Below, piece after piece: positions 1-14,848 of a stretch of DNA of 64,000 nucleotides (the first letter of the stretch is position 1; the number at the start of each line of letters is the position of its first letter). Both the position numbers and the translations under genes were made by a program. Location of the stretch: positions 27,652,001-27,716,000 of the forward strand of contig OZ024745.1 in assembly GCA_964016885.1 (NCBI GenBank). The letters are read 5' to 3'. The notes under the pieces were generated by a model. It saw nothing but the letters and a program-made list of their open reading frames with translations. It searched no databases and had not been told where the DNA came from. The stretch is from Eledone cirrhosa (taxonomy: Eukaryota).

Positions 1-389
1 GGCTCAGTGCACAGTCTTTCCTCACTTTAAAAAATATCTTCACGCACAGGCATTGCACGATAGAATTAATTAATAATTATTAATAATGGTATATCGTGCA
101 ATGGCCATACTCGATAACGAGGGGGCAGCCATTATGTATGTATGTTCTTCTGGTTTTATAATTTCACAAATTTTTGCCAATAGAGATGGAGTCGGTTTCT
201 AACATAGACACAAGACTCTCTCATTGGAATTTACACATGTATGTATGTATGTATGTATGTATGTATGTATGTATGTATGTATGTATGTATGTATGTATGT
301 GTGTGTATGTGTGTGCGTGTGTGTGTGGTGAGTGTGTGTGTGTGTGTGTGTGTGTATGTAAACCGTCCAATGGACCAGAGTGGAAGAGG

Positions 390-975
390 CACATGCCAGA
401 CGTGTTCGGTCACATCTTAGTGGACGTCTACACCAACTGGCATCAGAACGTGGACATACACAGTTCTGTGAGTCGAAGAGTGATGGCGCTTCTTAGCAGT
501 GATCTGGTTGGAGAAGTGCCGGCGTGCGTCTTCTCAAACGGATCTAGCCATGACAACCTTTAGCTAATGCGGTACATAATAGAGAGAGTAAATAAGGAAC
601 CTGACAAAGGTGGGGCCCTGATCAACAGATCAATCGAAAGTTTTTGATAGAGTCTATTATCGCTATCTGGCAGCTGTCCTCCAAGCGGCCGGTTTCGATC
701 CTGTCTTCAGGGTATGGACTGATACAGTGTTTAGCGACATCTGCTAACTGGTCAGAGGAAATGGCCACCTATCGGAGCCGTTCATTATCATATACTCGGT
801 CTGTCAGTGATGTGTCCTCTCGTCTCATATTTATTCTTGAACCATCACTGCACAAGCTGGAGTTGGTGAGGAGCATCCAGCAGGAACTAGGATGCAGGAG
901 ATTCATGTCGGTATATGTCATCGTCGTCACCTTAATGGCGTCGAACACGAAACATATCGATGTGTTTAGCAAATA
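390..975 (+). pseudogene. Degenerate Tx1/L1-clade LINE reverse transcriptase fragment
   Basis: Translation across stops and frameshifts (MPDVFGHILVDVYTNWHQN...HDNL*LMRYIIERV...GGALIN...DQSKVFDRV...GNGHLSEPF) is colinear with the RT ORF at 33687-35084. Confidence 0.85.
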
Positions 976-1062
976 TATAATACTCTAATAACTCTACTAA
1001 TTCAATCTCAGTGACTTTATATATAATACATACAGCTATATATAATATACTCTCACACACAC

Positions 1063-1109
<47 letters not shown>

Positions 1110-1784
1110 CCTTGCAATACCAGACAGCATAAATCCACTTTAATAGTAAACTTTCTGCAGTAAAATCATTAGCTGTATCTTTAATATGTTGCAATAATAA
1201 AATAGATTTCGCACACAAACTTGTATTTATCCGGTACCTTCTAATGATATTGCTGTGTAGAACAGGATTTGTTTTAAACAATAATTTAGTTTGTGAAGCA
1301 TTAATGATATATGAAATCATAATCAAGGAAAATGGGTAAATAGGTTGTTAAACCTGTCTCAAGATTATCAAACTGGTTGTGGAAAACACATCAATAATGT
1401 TTCGCAAACCTGTACTGCATTAAAATATATATAAATTAGCCAAATGAGAAAGTGAAAGTGGTGATTAACTGGAGGCCATTCCAAACTGGTGAGATTGAAG
1501 CGGATGTTGCCCAGCCTGAATATCTGTAATATAAGTGTCTGCGAGGATAAATATGAGCAGGAAGTGACTGATATTCTTGTGTGAATGTTTGCAACAAAGT
1601 GAACGAATTTTATGACTTAGTTAAATTATGAACAGCACCGAGTATAAATATTGTAGCCCCCCCCCTCTCCCCCCGGAGACTAGAGAGTAACTTAGACACC
1701 TCAACTCATGGGTTGTTGTTAACCATTCCTTCACGATCACTATACGTACCCCAAACAGGAGTCTGCTATATAAAGGGCATGTAT

Positions 1785-1816
<32 letters not shown>

Positions 1817-2104
1817 GAATTTCTTTTGCAAGGTTTTTTTTATATGAAATCGTGTGTTGAAACAAATATCGTTATATTTGAGGAGGGTCACGTTGTTATA
1901 ATATTGCCAAAAGTATATAATAAAACATACTCACTGTTTACTTCGCCATACTAGAGCGAAAACTAATTTTGCTTTTAATGTCCGACTTGAAAATAATTAA
2001 GACATTTTATTCTTGTAACAAGTATCTACATAAAGGAGCTAGAAAAATATAAAGGAGAAAACACAGTTGACGAAAAATATTATCCAAGCTCAAGTATTTG
2101 TGTA

Positions 2105-2350
2105 TCTAAAGTCTGTCTCGATCCCGGAGCCTCATCAGGCTGGTGCTTAACCAAGTTTCCGTACAAGACACCATTCTATCTTAGGGTTAAACCCCCAGCT
2201 ACGGCTGGTAATCATTTTCAGCTGAGTATGCTGGAGCAACGTGAAATGAAGTGTTTTGTTCAAGAACACAACACATAACCCAGTCCAGGAATCGAACCCA
2301 CGACATTATGGAAATAAATCCAACACACCACCAGGCTATGCGCCTCCACA
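2105..2350 (-). mobile_element. tRNA-derived SINE, family S2
   Basis: Pol III B-box-like gggttcgattcc on the minus strand; core gttcttgaacaaaacacttcatttcacgttgctccag shared with copies at 5120, 12022 and 14950. Confidence 0.75.
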
Positions 2351-3493
2351 TTGTTTTCATATAGCAATACATATTTATCTTATAATGTACCGAGATACGA
2401 TAAACAATAATTCTAGAGGAACTAATATTTTTAAAACATTATTATAATATAATTGTTTCTTTATATGAAAAAAAACAAATCATATTTATGTTATTGGTGT
2501 TTTAGAAACATTGAAATTATAACTTTATTATTGATTATACGTATGTTAGGGAAATATTTCATATTGAGAGTATATAGAGAAAAAGTAATATAGGAAATTA
2601 CACAAGAGAATCCTAATTTAATTATCAATTTCGCAAAGGGGACTGTGAATTCATATATTCATATCTATATGCTATATAATCTGTGTTTTGCATAAGCGAG
2701 CCTTTAATGCCAAGATGATAAATCGAAAGAAGAGTGTAAGATAAACTGTTAGACGACTAATCTGTATAATATTTATTATATATGATAATAGATTTTTTAT
2801 ACAACAAACAATATCTGGTTATAAATCTACCATGTATTTAGAACCATTTGTCTATTATTGTATAGTAACACATCCGATAAAGAAATTTAAAAATCAGGCT
2901 TTCATTATGTTAATCATAAGTATAAATTCGAGATTAAGGAAATTCCATTTAATTTAGTTATTACATTGTATGATTAAACATTCACTTGCAATTTTAAAAT
3001 ATATTTTGTGATATATTTACTTAATAATGAATAAATTAAATCTGAAGAAATATTTAGCTATGTAACTATTAAAATAATAGAATATAAAATAATTAACCTG
3101 CTATGGCGATAAAACAGTTATTATATATATGATCATAAGGCCCCCCAAGTATAAAAATAAATAATTTTCTATATAAGAATATATTTATCTATATTAAAAA
3201 ATGAAAAAAAACCAATCAATCTTATAATTATCATGCATGTGTGAGCAATTAAACATTTTCAAAGTAAAACTTATCTTTCAACATTAATTATAGTGGAGTA
3301 AAGGTTAAGATATTTTAAATGTTTACAAAAGCCCCAAACGTTCCGGAATTCCAACAAAATTTTCAAAATCGTTTTTCCAAAAATTGGGAATTAATTATCA
3401 TAGAGAATTTAAAGAGAGAATGATAATTCTCAAAATGAGTAAAACGTATGTCTAGGGAAAACATATAAATACAGCCGTTTTACAAAGACTGTT

Positions 3494-3545
3494 GGCTTTC
3501 CTGATGATTTCTTTTGAACGAAACAGTTCTAGTCCTGTAGAAGCC
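3494..3545 (+). ncRNA. Hammerhead-like motif (family D), stem I atypical
   Basis: CTGATGA-t-ttc-tttt-gaa-c-GAAAC-agttcta-GTC; same family at 39392-39550 and 56506-56685. Confidence 0.45.
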
Positions 3546-3625
3546 ATTTATAGATTAAACATGATGTTTATATTCTATTAATGTATTGCGTACCTTATTG
3601 TGGTTACCCCCGATTGAACCCGGGA

Positions 3626-3750
<125 letters not shown>

Positions 3751-3851
3751 GTATATATATATTTCAATGTGTGTGTGTGTGTGTTGAAAGGAAAACAATT
3801 ATCTTGTGTCAAAACTAAGTAGATATCTCCATTTATGAATATTTGTTTATA

Positions 3852-3973
<122 letters not shown>

Positions 3974-4702
3974 CATAAGCTTTAGTTCTCACTCTTTATT
4001 TTCAGTAGAAAATCGAATCTCCCAGAAAAATCTATATTAATATGATCGCGAAATTAAAACAATAATAATGTATTCAGTCAAATAAACATTTCAAAATCTT
4101 GTCAATGCAGTGTTTGGGAAACAGAAATTGATTATTTTCATTTTCTTCAGCAAACTATCATTCTTTCCTCTGAATTTTTCATCATTACCTTTACATTAAA
4201 TCGAAATTTTATTAAAACAACATATATTAAACTGTGAAATAACGATAATTCAATGGATGCTGTTATATTTCGATAAAGATGTGTTGTGCTCATGATGTTA
4301 AGCATATGGCTCTTGAATAATGGGTTTTGCCAACATTTTCTCATCCAAATATTTTAAAATATTTATTCCGTGGCATTTCATTTAGCTAAACATTTTCACC
4401 TCTATATCATTCTGACACTAATATAAAAAGCATAAAATAGTAGAACCTATTTAACATGGCTATGTTTTTGTTATTTTCATTCGTTTTAATTATTGATACC
4501 CTACGTTGGTTCATGACTACAACTTTATAGGAAAAGAGTATATAATCGACCAGAATATATTACTGTTAATTGATTTATCGACCCTGGGGATTTGAAAGCT
4601 AAACTCTACTTCATTGAACTTCAAATTAGAAGATAATATTAAATAATACAAAACATTTTATTCAGTATTTTACTAGTTTTACCTTCCATATTTATGACAA
4701 GG

Positions 4703-4784
<82 letters not shown>

Positions 4785-4819
4785 ATATATATATATATAT
4801 ATATATAGTCAATTGAAAG

Positions 4820-5015
4820 GGTGCTTGATTGGCAATATCGGTAGAGCCTCGGACAACATGCTTTGCGGCACATAGTTCAAGCCCTGCTGAGGTTAACTTT
4901 GCCTTTCATCCTTACGAGGTCAATAAAATAATGCATCTGTGATGCACTGGAGTCGATTTAAGCGACTCCCCCTCCTCCAAAATTGTTGGCCTTCTGCCTA
5001 AATCTGAAACCATTA
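4820..5015 (+). mobile_element. tRNA-derived SINE, family S1 (Nin/Deu-type core)
   Basis: A-box-like ttggcaatatcggtagag, B-box-like gttcaagccc, core aactttgcctttcatccttacgaggtcaataaaataa. Confidence 0.75.
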
Positions 5016-5119
5016 ATAGTCAAGTTAATCACGTGGTTTCAATATATCAACAATGCATTTTGTTTGTCTTACCCTGATCTCAATTCAAACACCACAACTG
5101 AAAATTCTAAAGCCTATCT

Positions 5120-5455
5120 CAAATCAGGTGAAACGTTAGGCTGGTACTTGTCCCGGTTTCGTGGCCTCAAGTGACTGAGAATACATGACTCCCCACTGGA
5201 CAGGACGCCAATCCATAGCAGGTTGCAATCCCTAGCTATTTCTGGTACTCATTTTCAGTTGAGCATACTGGAGCAACGTGAAATGAGGTGTTTTGCTCAA
5301 GAACACAACAGACAGCCCATAGCTATTGCTGGTACTCATTTTCAGTTGAGTATACTGGAGCAACGTGAAATGAATTGTTTTGCTCAAGAACGCAACACAC
5401 ATCCTTGCCTAGGAATCGAACCCATGACATCATGATCATACGTCCAACACCCTTA
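5120..5455 (-). mobile_element. SINE S2 with an internal ~87-bp duplication
   Basis: Block ggtactcattttcagttgag...gaaatga...ttttgctcaagaac occurs twice. Confidence 0.75.
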
Positions 5456-6224
5456 ACATGATCTGCTAAATACAGTATATATTCTTGATAACCTATCAGA
5501 ATTTCGGAGAATTATAAGAATTTTAAAGGTTTCTTTTTATAATTGTATTAAATGAATTTCGCTTGGAAGATTGGAATATATATTCGGTTAAATCAACCAT
5601 GCCAGCCAACAACTAACAACACATGACGTGTCAACTGTTTTATTGCTTCACAATAGATCATAACTAAATATATGTAGGATAATATTTTTAACTTTGCTTG
5701 ATAACTATTTTGAAATTAGGCTCCTAAACATTCAACTGAAGGATTGTAATTTCGAGCTAGTTGAGTCTTAATCAGCTTCAATGTAAACAAGGTCACACAG
5801 TCAAACTGTTTAAAGTTCGGTCTTTCGGTGGTTGAACCTATATGTTCTTTGAAGGAAATACTCATATAACTCCTTTGCTTTGTTGAAAAAACAGATATAT
5901 AAATGTCTATCGTTAGAAAATATAAATTATATAATTTTTTTATGTATTACGTTGTTTTTTTTAAAAATTAATTCTATTAATATTTTTATATGGTATTTTG
6001 TAATATAATATAATATAATATAATATGATATAGCAATTACATCGCAAGTTATTTTAGTCGTTTAAGAAAACACAGAATCTGTTATATTAATTTCCGTTTA
6101 TTTCGTAATAAAAACATGTACGATGACCTATCAAAACATGGTTAATGACACAATTTTACTTCATCTTTTGAAGTACATCAAGGGCCAGGTCATAGAAGTA
6201 CGATTAAACTATTTGACACTCATA

Positions 6225-7335
6225 GTATATAGTATCGGTAGATAGTCGGACACCATGATTTGCAGCATAGAGTTACGGCCCTTTACCATCTGAGTTCAAA
6301 TCCCACCGAGGTTAACTTTGCCTTTCATCCTTACGGGGTCGATAAACTAAAGTACCAGCAAGCACTGAGGTAATTGCTGGCTTTGTACCAAAAGTAGAAA
6401 CAATTATTAAGAAATAAATGAGGCTATGGACTGGAAGAATCGTTAGAGCGTCGGACAAAATGTTTCGTAACATTTGATTACGGCTTTTTTTAAGTTCAAA
6501 TCCTACTGAGGTCAACTTGGCCTTTAATTATTCCGAAGTTGATCAAATAAAGTACTAGTCATGAACTGGGTAGATATAATCAACTTTCCCCTCCCACAAA
6601 TGGTTGGATTGTGCCTAAAGTAGAAAAATGCGGCAAACTGACAGAATCGTTAGAGGGTCAGACAAAATGCATTGTAGCCGGTCCTTTAAGTTTTGAGTTC
6701 AAATCCTACCGATGTTAGCTTTGCCTTTCATCCTTACGGGTTCGATGAAATAAAATACCAGTAACGCACTGGGGTCGATTTAACTGACTTTCCCTTTTCC
6801 CTTGTGAAGGCTGAAAGATCAATTTGACCTGGTAGGGATTTTAGCTTAGAATGCGAAAAACCGGAATAATTACTGCAATATATTTCATCCGACGCTTTAA
6901 TGCTTCCATAAATTCGCAGCCGTCTTGTGTATATTTTCAATGCTCATTTCTAACACAGGATAAATAGTAAATTTTGTTCGGGGAATTAATCGATCTCAAT
7001 ACTTAACTGATACTTGTTTAAAAACTCACGGAATGATATACTCCGAAGTAGACTCGGGACGAAACAAAATGCATCAAGCCATTTTATTCGATGCTCTACC
7101 AATTCTGCCAATAGAAATCAACATTGGATTCTGACTTAGACATGAGACTAACAATTTGGAGGCGAGCAAAGTCGATTATATCGACCCCCAGCATTTAACT
7201 AGTATTTTATTTTGTCGACACCTGAAGGACGAAAATAAAGTTGACATGGGTGGGATTTGAACTCAGAACATAAAGAGATGGGAGAAATACTGTTAAGCAT
7301 TTGTCCGATGCGCTACCCATCTGCCAATTCTGCAT
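6225..7335. mobile_element. Cluster of about 5 S1 SINE copies (three +, two -)
   Basis: Repeated gagttcaaatcc...ggttaactttgcctttcatccttacggggtcgataaa cores. Confidence 0.75.
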
Positions 7336-7340
7336 ACTTA

Positions 7341-7341
7341 T

Positions 7342-7377
<36 letters not shown>

Positions 7378-7635
7378 GCAACAGCAACAGCGGCAACAAC
7401 AACAACAGCATCAAAAGCAGCTGCAACAACAACAGCAGCAACAGCAATAACAGCAACAACAACCATATCAACAGCAGCAACAACAACAACAGCAACAGCA
7501 GCAGCAGCAGCATCAACAAGAACTATAGCAGCGGTACCAACAACAGCAACAACGACAACAGCAACAAAAACAACCATAACAACAGCAGCAATACCAACAG
7601 CAGCAATACCAACATTGACAGGAAACAGCAACAAA
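7341..7635 (+). repeat. Degenerate (CAA/CAG)n trinucleotide repeat
   Basis: Seen directly; accounts for the poly-N/L/V ORFs. Confidence 0.9.
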
Positions 7636-8440
7636 ACACGACTGTATTCTCATGGGAATCACGAAGTTAATTAGAAAATCCTTTGGGGATTATTTTCAGA
7701 TACTGAATTCACCTCAATTCCTTGAAATAATATTTTTGAAAGGACAGACCACCACCTCTAATTGTTTATTGTTTGTCAAAAACCAAAGATGTTCCACTAA
7801 TTACATAATTATTCCATTGTAACATCGTTACATTGTTCAATTTCTGGCTCAATATGTGGCTTTTGGGTATTTCCACAAATATCTTCCCGAAAGTACAGTG
7901 GAACATTGACTCACGAACTTAATTCATTGCTGAATGCCATTCGTCACCCGAAATGTTCGTACACCGAAACAATGTTTTTCATACGAAATGATGAGAGAAA
8001 CTGAGTGTGAAAGACATTAGATATCACCATAGTAACTAACTACACAGAAAGTGACGCTTTTCCACCGATACTCCAAGCTTGTTGCGATCTGTTATTACCG
8101 GCTTGTGTGTTTGCTAGTCGAGACGCTTTATGTTGGGGCGGGGGATTGTTCGTGATAAGAGGCGTTCGTGAACCAAGATTCCACTGTATATTGAAAACAT
8201 TAGATCACTAATTACCTATTCTTCCAGTCGATCCAACCCATATTTTTGGCTAAAATAAGAAATGAAAGAAAATGAAATTAAAACATTCAATAGAAGAGAA
8301 TAATGTTTTATAAGTCTTTCTAAAATAGAATGTTTGTTGTAGATTTATTGATTTCAGTTCTTTAAAAAAGTGTTTAATGTATGTTATTCAACCGATTGTT
8401 ACAATATACATTGGGCCTCCACACACACACACACACACAA

Positions 8441-8488
<48 letters not shown>

Positions 8489-8599
8489 GTGCGAACGATA
8501 TATATAAAATTGATTATTGTGACACAAGCACAAGCGCTACATTAATCATTAATTAATTAATAATAAAAAATTAATTAATTAATCATTTGAATTATATAT

Positions 8600-8720
8600 A
8601 TAGGAAATGAGTCAGAACCCCGACAACAGAGCTCAAGCCGTTTCGACAGCTATTTCAGGTCCAGAAATAGCTGTCGAAACGGTTTCAGCTCTGCCGTCGG
8701 GGTTCTGACTCATTTCCTAT
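8600..8720. repeat. Fold-back palindrome with ~57-bp arms
   Basis: ataggaaatgagtcagaacccc...gacagctatttc-aggtcca-gaaatagctgtc...ggggttctgactcatttcctat. Confidence 0.9.
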
Positions 8721-8816
8721 TACCCACTCTACTACCCTAAGTATCGAGTACTCTCGTGCGTTATGGTCCATCTGGTTCCTTACCACACTTCCTTCGTTAT
8801 ATATATTCTATAGTTC

Positions 8817-10540
8817 TTAGGGGGTCCTTATATTAGTATTCGGTTCAGTTATTTCTATGTTTAGTCCTATATTTGCTATTTTTATAGGTGTGGGTAGTGT
8901 AGCTGTCGTTAGGTGTGTTGTTGTTGTCTTTATTTGGTATTTGAGCCTCTCCTTCTGGCCTGCCTTAAGTAAAGCTATGTTATAGTAGTTCGCGTGTTCA
9001 TTCAAAATCTTTAGGTTAGAAGATAAGCGTGAAATTCTGAGGGATACACTATGTGCTATGGAGTTAATAATTGTTTCTACTTTTGGCACAAGGCCAGCAA
9101 TTACACAGTGTATTACTGGAACTTTATTTTATCGACCCCGTAAGGATGAAAGGCAAAGTTAACCTCGCTGGGATTTGAACTCAGATCATAAAGGGCCGTA
9201 ACTCTTTGCTGCACAGCATGGCGTCCGACCTTGTACCGATACTGCCAATCCACCGGCATGGAGTTAATAATGGAGCGAGGGTGGTTTGAGTTATAACTAA
9301 TGAATGCTAGATTTTCGTTATTTTTAATGGAAGGGCTCTATTAGTCCTGTGTTTAGGTTGAGTGTTACATCTAAGAAGTTAGCTTTTTTAGAATTAAGTT
9401 CGAAAGTGATGCCTAGGCGTAGTTTATTGAAAAAGATTCTAATGTTTTTACGTAATCTTTCCAAGTTTTGATTATTTAAGTTTTTAGCTAAAAGTCGTGT
9501 ATCGTCTCTATAAATTCCTCCTTGTAGGTTATTAAATTCCTTATGTAAGTTATGCGCTATATATATTCCAACTATGTCTGTTACTTGAGCTGAGTTGCTA
9601 GATCCCATAGTGATATCGAAGCTTTTCTGTCTGTTTTTTCTTTCCCAGTAACTATTATCAAACCTAATGATGGTACTCCTAGCAGCTAGTATTATTCTAA
9701 TTTCATCAGAGAATAGGTCCGAGTTTTTCTGTGCAAATGTTAGTGCTTTATTTAGGGTGACTGGGGAAATGGAGGAGGTAGTAGTCATTGATGTCAAACT
9801 GTATGAAGTCGGATGTTTCTTTATTGTCTATTTTGCTAAACCAATCTATTGCTTCGTTAGTGTCACCCCATAGTTTAATTATTAGTTTGTCTTTAATTTG
9901 TGTTATTATTCTATCTAGTATATACTTGCTAATTCTACCTATATCCGATTTCGATGGGCATATTAATCTAATAGTAGGGTCAAGTTATTTTTATGATCTT
10001 TTAGATTAAATGTGGGTTTACAAGAGGTCAGAGGCTCGGTTCTATCAGATATTTTCAGTTTTTTTTTACTATGTTAAGTCCTTCCTGAGTGTAGATTCTG
10101 TAGTTTTCCTGTATTTTTTGTGTAATTCACGGCGTATAAAGTTATTGTATGTATTAAGTCTCTGATGTTTTGTCCGCTTTTACTATAATACCGTTGGTGA
10201 TACGTAGTTTGTTTAGTAGTGCATTGATGTCGTTTTTCAGTTTGTTGTAACCTGTCCGTTTTTTTTTATTTGGTTCCGTTTATCATGTTCATGAGGTCGA
10301 GTTCGAAGGCATCAAGCTGGAGGTTATTCGGTGGTTTTTTGCAGGATTTGAACCCGTATTTTTCCCTAGTAAATTCCTCTGTGTTATTAGCGTGTCCATT
10401 ATCGTAATGATATGCCTTCCATCGGATTCGACGGATGAAGTCATTAGTACGCTGTATCATACCGAGTGTATATTCCCTATTTGTAGGTATAGATTTGTTT
10501 TTTAAGGACATGCCTATGTGGTGTCTTTCCATCTTAGTGC
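8817..10540 (-). mobile_element. Naiad-type Penelope-like element, degenerate RT (GIY-YIG end not seen)
   Basis: N-terminal IPTNREY...FIRRIRWKAY; RT motifs ITMGS, GGIYRDD, ANFLDVTLNL; thumb RISRLSSN...YNIALLKAG; several stops and frameshifts. Confidence 0.88.
9072..9257 (-). mobile_element. S1 SINE inserted into the PLE, with a 14-bp TSD
   Basis: atggagttaataat at 9058-9071 and 9258-9271 flanks a full SINE. Confidence 0.9.
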
Positions 10541-11001
10541 TGTGCGTTAAGGTTGTTGCTCAACCTTTTTTTCTTTCATTCTCTCTCCCTAAAACTATTT
10601 CACCTCTTCCCTTGTATCCTATATCTCTTAACCTCTGACCTAACTTCTAATTTATTAATTTATCTTTTATAAGTTATTTATCATTATATTCTTTCTTCCT
10701 ACTCTAACCATCTGTGATTTAACCAATACATATATGTATATATTTAATATTTATTTTCATACTAATAATATTCCTACCCTCATCACATCTTTATACTTAC
10801 ACACCACTATAACTTTAACCACCTCCACTATTTTCAACAATCACATTATGTTCATATAATTTTTTCACGTATATATATTTTTTATCATCTTCATTCTAAC
10901 TTCTTTATTATTTTTTCTTTTTCTTTTTTTTCTTTCTTTATTATCGATGTTGTTATTTGAATTCTCCGTAGTATAAATACAAATATCGAGTGTAATTTTG
11001 T

Positions 11002-11111
11002 CAGTTATTCCGATGATTTGATTAGGCATACACTGTATTTAAGATTGAGTGACACAACTTCGAGTGATTAGCAATCTTTAGACATCCTAATCAATGAAAC
11101 AATTAATACTG
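11002..11111 (+). ncRNA. Degenerate hammerhead with long stem II, in a probable inverted PLE 3' segment
   Basis: cagttatt-CCGATGA-t-ttgattagg...cctaatcaa-t-GAAAC-aatt-aatactg; 9-bp perfect stem II base around a ~60-nt insert; cleavage triplet not intact. Confidence 0.55.
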
Positions 11112-11158
11112 TAAATAAAACTCTTTTTGTACTGTTGACCATGTTATTCTTCACTCTT

Positions 11159-11269
<111 letters not shown>

Positions 11270-11431
11270 GAATGATTTTGATTAATACACAATAACATCG
11301 ATCATGTTGTCTGCTAATCGCTCGATGACCAATCAGTTGCGAAAAGAACCGGTCAGAGCATGCATACATATCAGTTGATATCACCTAGACAAACGTATCC
11401 TAGACCATGTGTAGACATATAGATATAAAAG

Positions 11432-11519
<88 letters not shown>

Positions 11520-12021
11520 GTCAATTTGAATATATTGTTCCGTGAAACACCGAAGTCTATAAATATGCAAGTTACTTAATAATCGAGGTCAGAAGTGTAT
11601 GCCCCGAAAAAGAGAAAAAAACCGCTTCTGGTGAAATGAGTCCGCTGACAAGTTTCCATTATTATTGAAAGCAAATATCCTTTTTAAAATGACATAAAGG
11701 TCAACATGTCATATTTTTCTACTTCTATAAATGTGAGATCTTGTGATTTTTAAAGAAACTAGAAATATTGTTCACCGCTATTCTTCTATTTTTCTCCAAG
11801 GCTTTCGATATAAGATCGTTAACCAAGCAATACATTGATAAATGACATTTCTTCCTCCCTTTATACAAAGAGCAATAATTAAGGACGATTCAGTGTTGTC
11901 ATTACAGAAAAATGAGACCAAATTTGAGATTGCATTGTGATAATATATTTCCTCTTGTTTAGCCTTGAGTCAAGGAAATATATGATTAAAAGTATAAGGC
12001 CTTTTTAAGGGTATATACATG

Positions 12022-12305
12022 TGGGGGCGCGGAGCCTAGTGCTAAGGGTGTTGGACTTATGTTCATAATGTCATGGGTTCCATTCCTGGACTAGCTTACG
12101 TGTACTTTCGAGCAAAACACCTCATTACACGTTGCTCCATATTTTTCATTACGCTTTGCTTCAGTACACTCAGCTGAAAAATGAGTACCAACAATAGCTG
12201 GGGGTTTAACCCTGTGATGGATTGGCGTCGTTTAGCGCCACGGAAACCGAGATAAGTACCGGTCTGATGAAACTCCGAACTCAAGACAGACTTTAGACTT
12301 TTTTT
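12022..12305 (+). mobile_element. SINE S2, near full length
   Basis: tRNA-like head ggggcgcggagcctagtgctaagggtg...gggttccattcctgg, shared core, tail gactttagacttt. Confidence 0.8.
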
Positions 12306-13052
12306 AAAGATATGTAGAAGTATATTATATAATGTGCCCTGTAGTTTCCTATGATTCGAAGAATTTGGTTTCCGTTGCGATTTCCAGCTGTTAGACCGAC
12401 TACCATAGAGGCCTCGTTCTAGACCCATAGCATCTTTTGCTGTTGTTTGGTTAAGGTTTTCTTTGATATAGCAGATCTAACATCATAAACATTCAAACCA
12501 TGATATTCCATCGTTTTACAACATAGTGAAACCCGGAACAACATTATCAAATATGTCATTTCCTTTTCCAAGATGGTGTGGTGTTATTTGAGGGAGATTT
12601 GTAAGCTATTTTTAACAGATAGAGCGGATATATAGATACCCCGTCGTTGAATTATTGCTTCGTGAATGTCGTGTGTGCTCCTAAATATTTTAGTTTCATT
12701 AAGGTGTCTTAGGGGACCGAACAAATCTCACCTCCATGCGATGATCTCTGGGAAAGTATTTGTTATAATGCTTTGCTAACGAGGTTCTGTGTATGAAAAA
12801 ATATATAAATAAACGATGTTAATATACGTACATACATAGATACATACATACATTAGAAATGTAAGCTTACAAAATTAATATAAGCAATTTGAAACAAATT
12901 TTATATATGTACACACACACATACACAGAGGCACACACACACACACTCCCCCACTCTCTCTCTCTCACACACTCCGCCCACTCTCTCTCACACACACACA
13001 CACGCATTTATATATATATATATATACACACATATATATATATATATATATA

Positions 13053-13101
13053 CCCTTGCGAGCAGGGAAGAGCGGACGTAAAATGATGATGATGATGATG
13101 A

Positions 13102-13105
<4 letters not shown>
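13053..13105 (+). mobile_element. Severely 5'-truncated RTE 3' end with (TGA)n tail in a (TA)n tract
   Basis: gcgagcagggaagagcggacgtaaaa(tga)n resembles the 3' end of the RTE at 39325-39375. Confidence 0.6.
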
Positions 13106-13170
<65 letters not shown>

Positions 13171-14403
13171 CGTGCATGTATGTGTGTGTAAATGAGACAA
13201 ATTCCCCAAACCTGAACGTAAATACATCTAAAACTATCCAGGAACACAATTAAATGCAATACAACTTAATTCATCTTAATTCATTAAGGGATACTTCCCC
13301 CAGAGATCTTTATATACATATATAAAGAAAATTTCGCTCTACATGGCTGAATACAATAAATGTAATCTGAGATTTTCGAATATTAATAATAACATTCGAT
13401 TTGTTTGCATTTATACAAACCTCAATTTTATAGCCATGTCAGTAGAATGAGCCCCTCATTCTTGCTCTTCTGTTGGCATGTAAACAGAACTGCAGACACT
13501 AATGTTTCTGGGTATTGACAAGTACTTTAGATTGTCGACTTCGGAAGAATGAACCGCTAAATTGACCGTGTCCATCTGCGTAGATTTGAAATATTTACGT
13601 TTTTATACGGACAAAAGACGTGTCTGGAATAGGCGAAATGATTGTGCGAAGTTTTTGCTTTGCTCAAGCAGATTAGTAGTAATATGAATTAAGTGAAACA
13701 TCGAACACTCCGTATGATTATTGTACTACGTTACTAATAATTTATAATTTAGGCACAAGGCCAGTAATTAATGGGGAGGATAAAACAAGCTTGGTTGGAG
13801 TTGCTGTTTTAGTCAGTGGCGACCCGACTATTTGATAGGTTGTACTGGGTTACATGTTATCAGAGCGACCTGACATTTTGTCGACCATAGATGGATAAAA
13901 AACAAACTCGACCTTGACGAATTTTGATAAAAAAACGTATAGGACCGACAAAAGTAAATACTGCAAATACGACGTTCTACAATCCTTACAACTCCATCGC
14001 TTCGAGTCTTCCTTTACAGTGACTAGCAGAAAAACCACCCTTCGTGTAGTGTGTATATTGATATTATAGGCAAGTATATATACATGTAGATATGATACAT
14101 CAAATAAATCGTAATTGACAATATACACAGAAATTGAACGAAGACGTTGTTACACTGTCTTATGTAATCAGTAACGTAATCCATGATACATTTAAAAAAA
14201 GACGATATTATATATAAACTGCATTAGGAGAAAATTAGTGACAGAAAATTAATATGTTTATCTAAGCGATTGCCACCGGAAGTGTTGACATTTGAAAATG
14301 TTAAAGAAGTGAATCTTTAAATAAATAATAAAATATATTTAATGAACAGCCACGAAATTTAGTAGATAAATTATGTAATATTCATTCATTATTTATTCAA
14401 AGT

Positions 14404-14848
14404 GCCCTTTACGATCTGAGTTCAAATCCCGCCGAGGTTGACTTTGCCTTTCATCCTTACGGGGTCGATAAAATAAAGTACCAGTAATGCACTGGGTAAT
14501 TGCTGGCCTTGTGCCTAAAGTAGAAACAATTATTTATTCAAAGTGCGGTGAATTGGCAGTATCGGTAGAGAGTTGGACGCCATGCTTTGACGCATAGAGT
14601 TACTGCCCTTGCCATTCTGAGTTCAAATCCCACGAGGTTAACTTTGCCTTTCATCCTTACGGGGTCGATAAAATAAAGTACCAGTAATGTACTGGGTATT
14701 TGCTGGCCTTGTGCTAAAAGTAGAAACAATTATTTATTCAAAGTAACTTTGCCTTTCATCCTTACGGGGTCGATAAAATAAAGTACCAGTAATATACTGG
14801 GTAATTGCTGGCCTTGTGCCAATAGTAGAAACAATTATTTATTCAAAG
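14404..14848 (+). mobile_element. Three head-to-tail S1 SINE units
   Basis: Each unit ends in agtagaaacaattatttattcaaagt. Confidence 0.85.

Noticed and set aside
12240-12275. GAAACCG...CCGGTCTGATGA in the S2 SINE tail as a hammerhead
   Set aside because: GUC runs directly into CUGAUGA with no stem I, so the fold cannot form.
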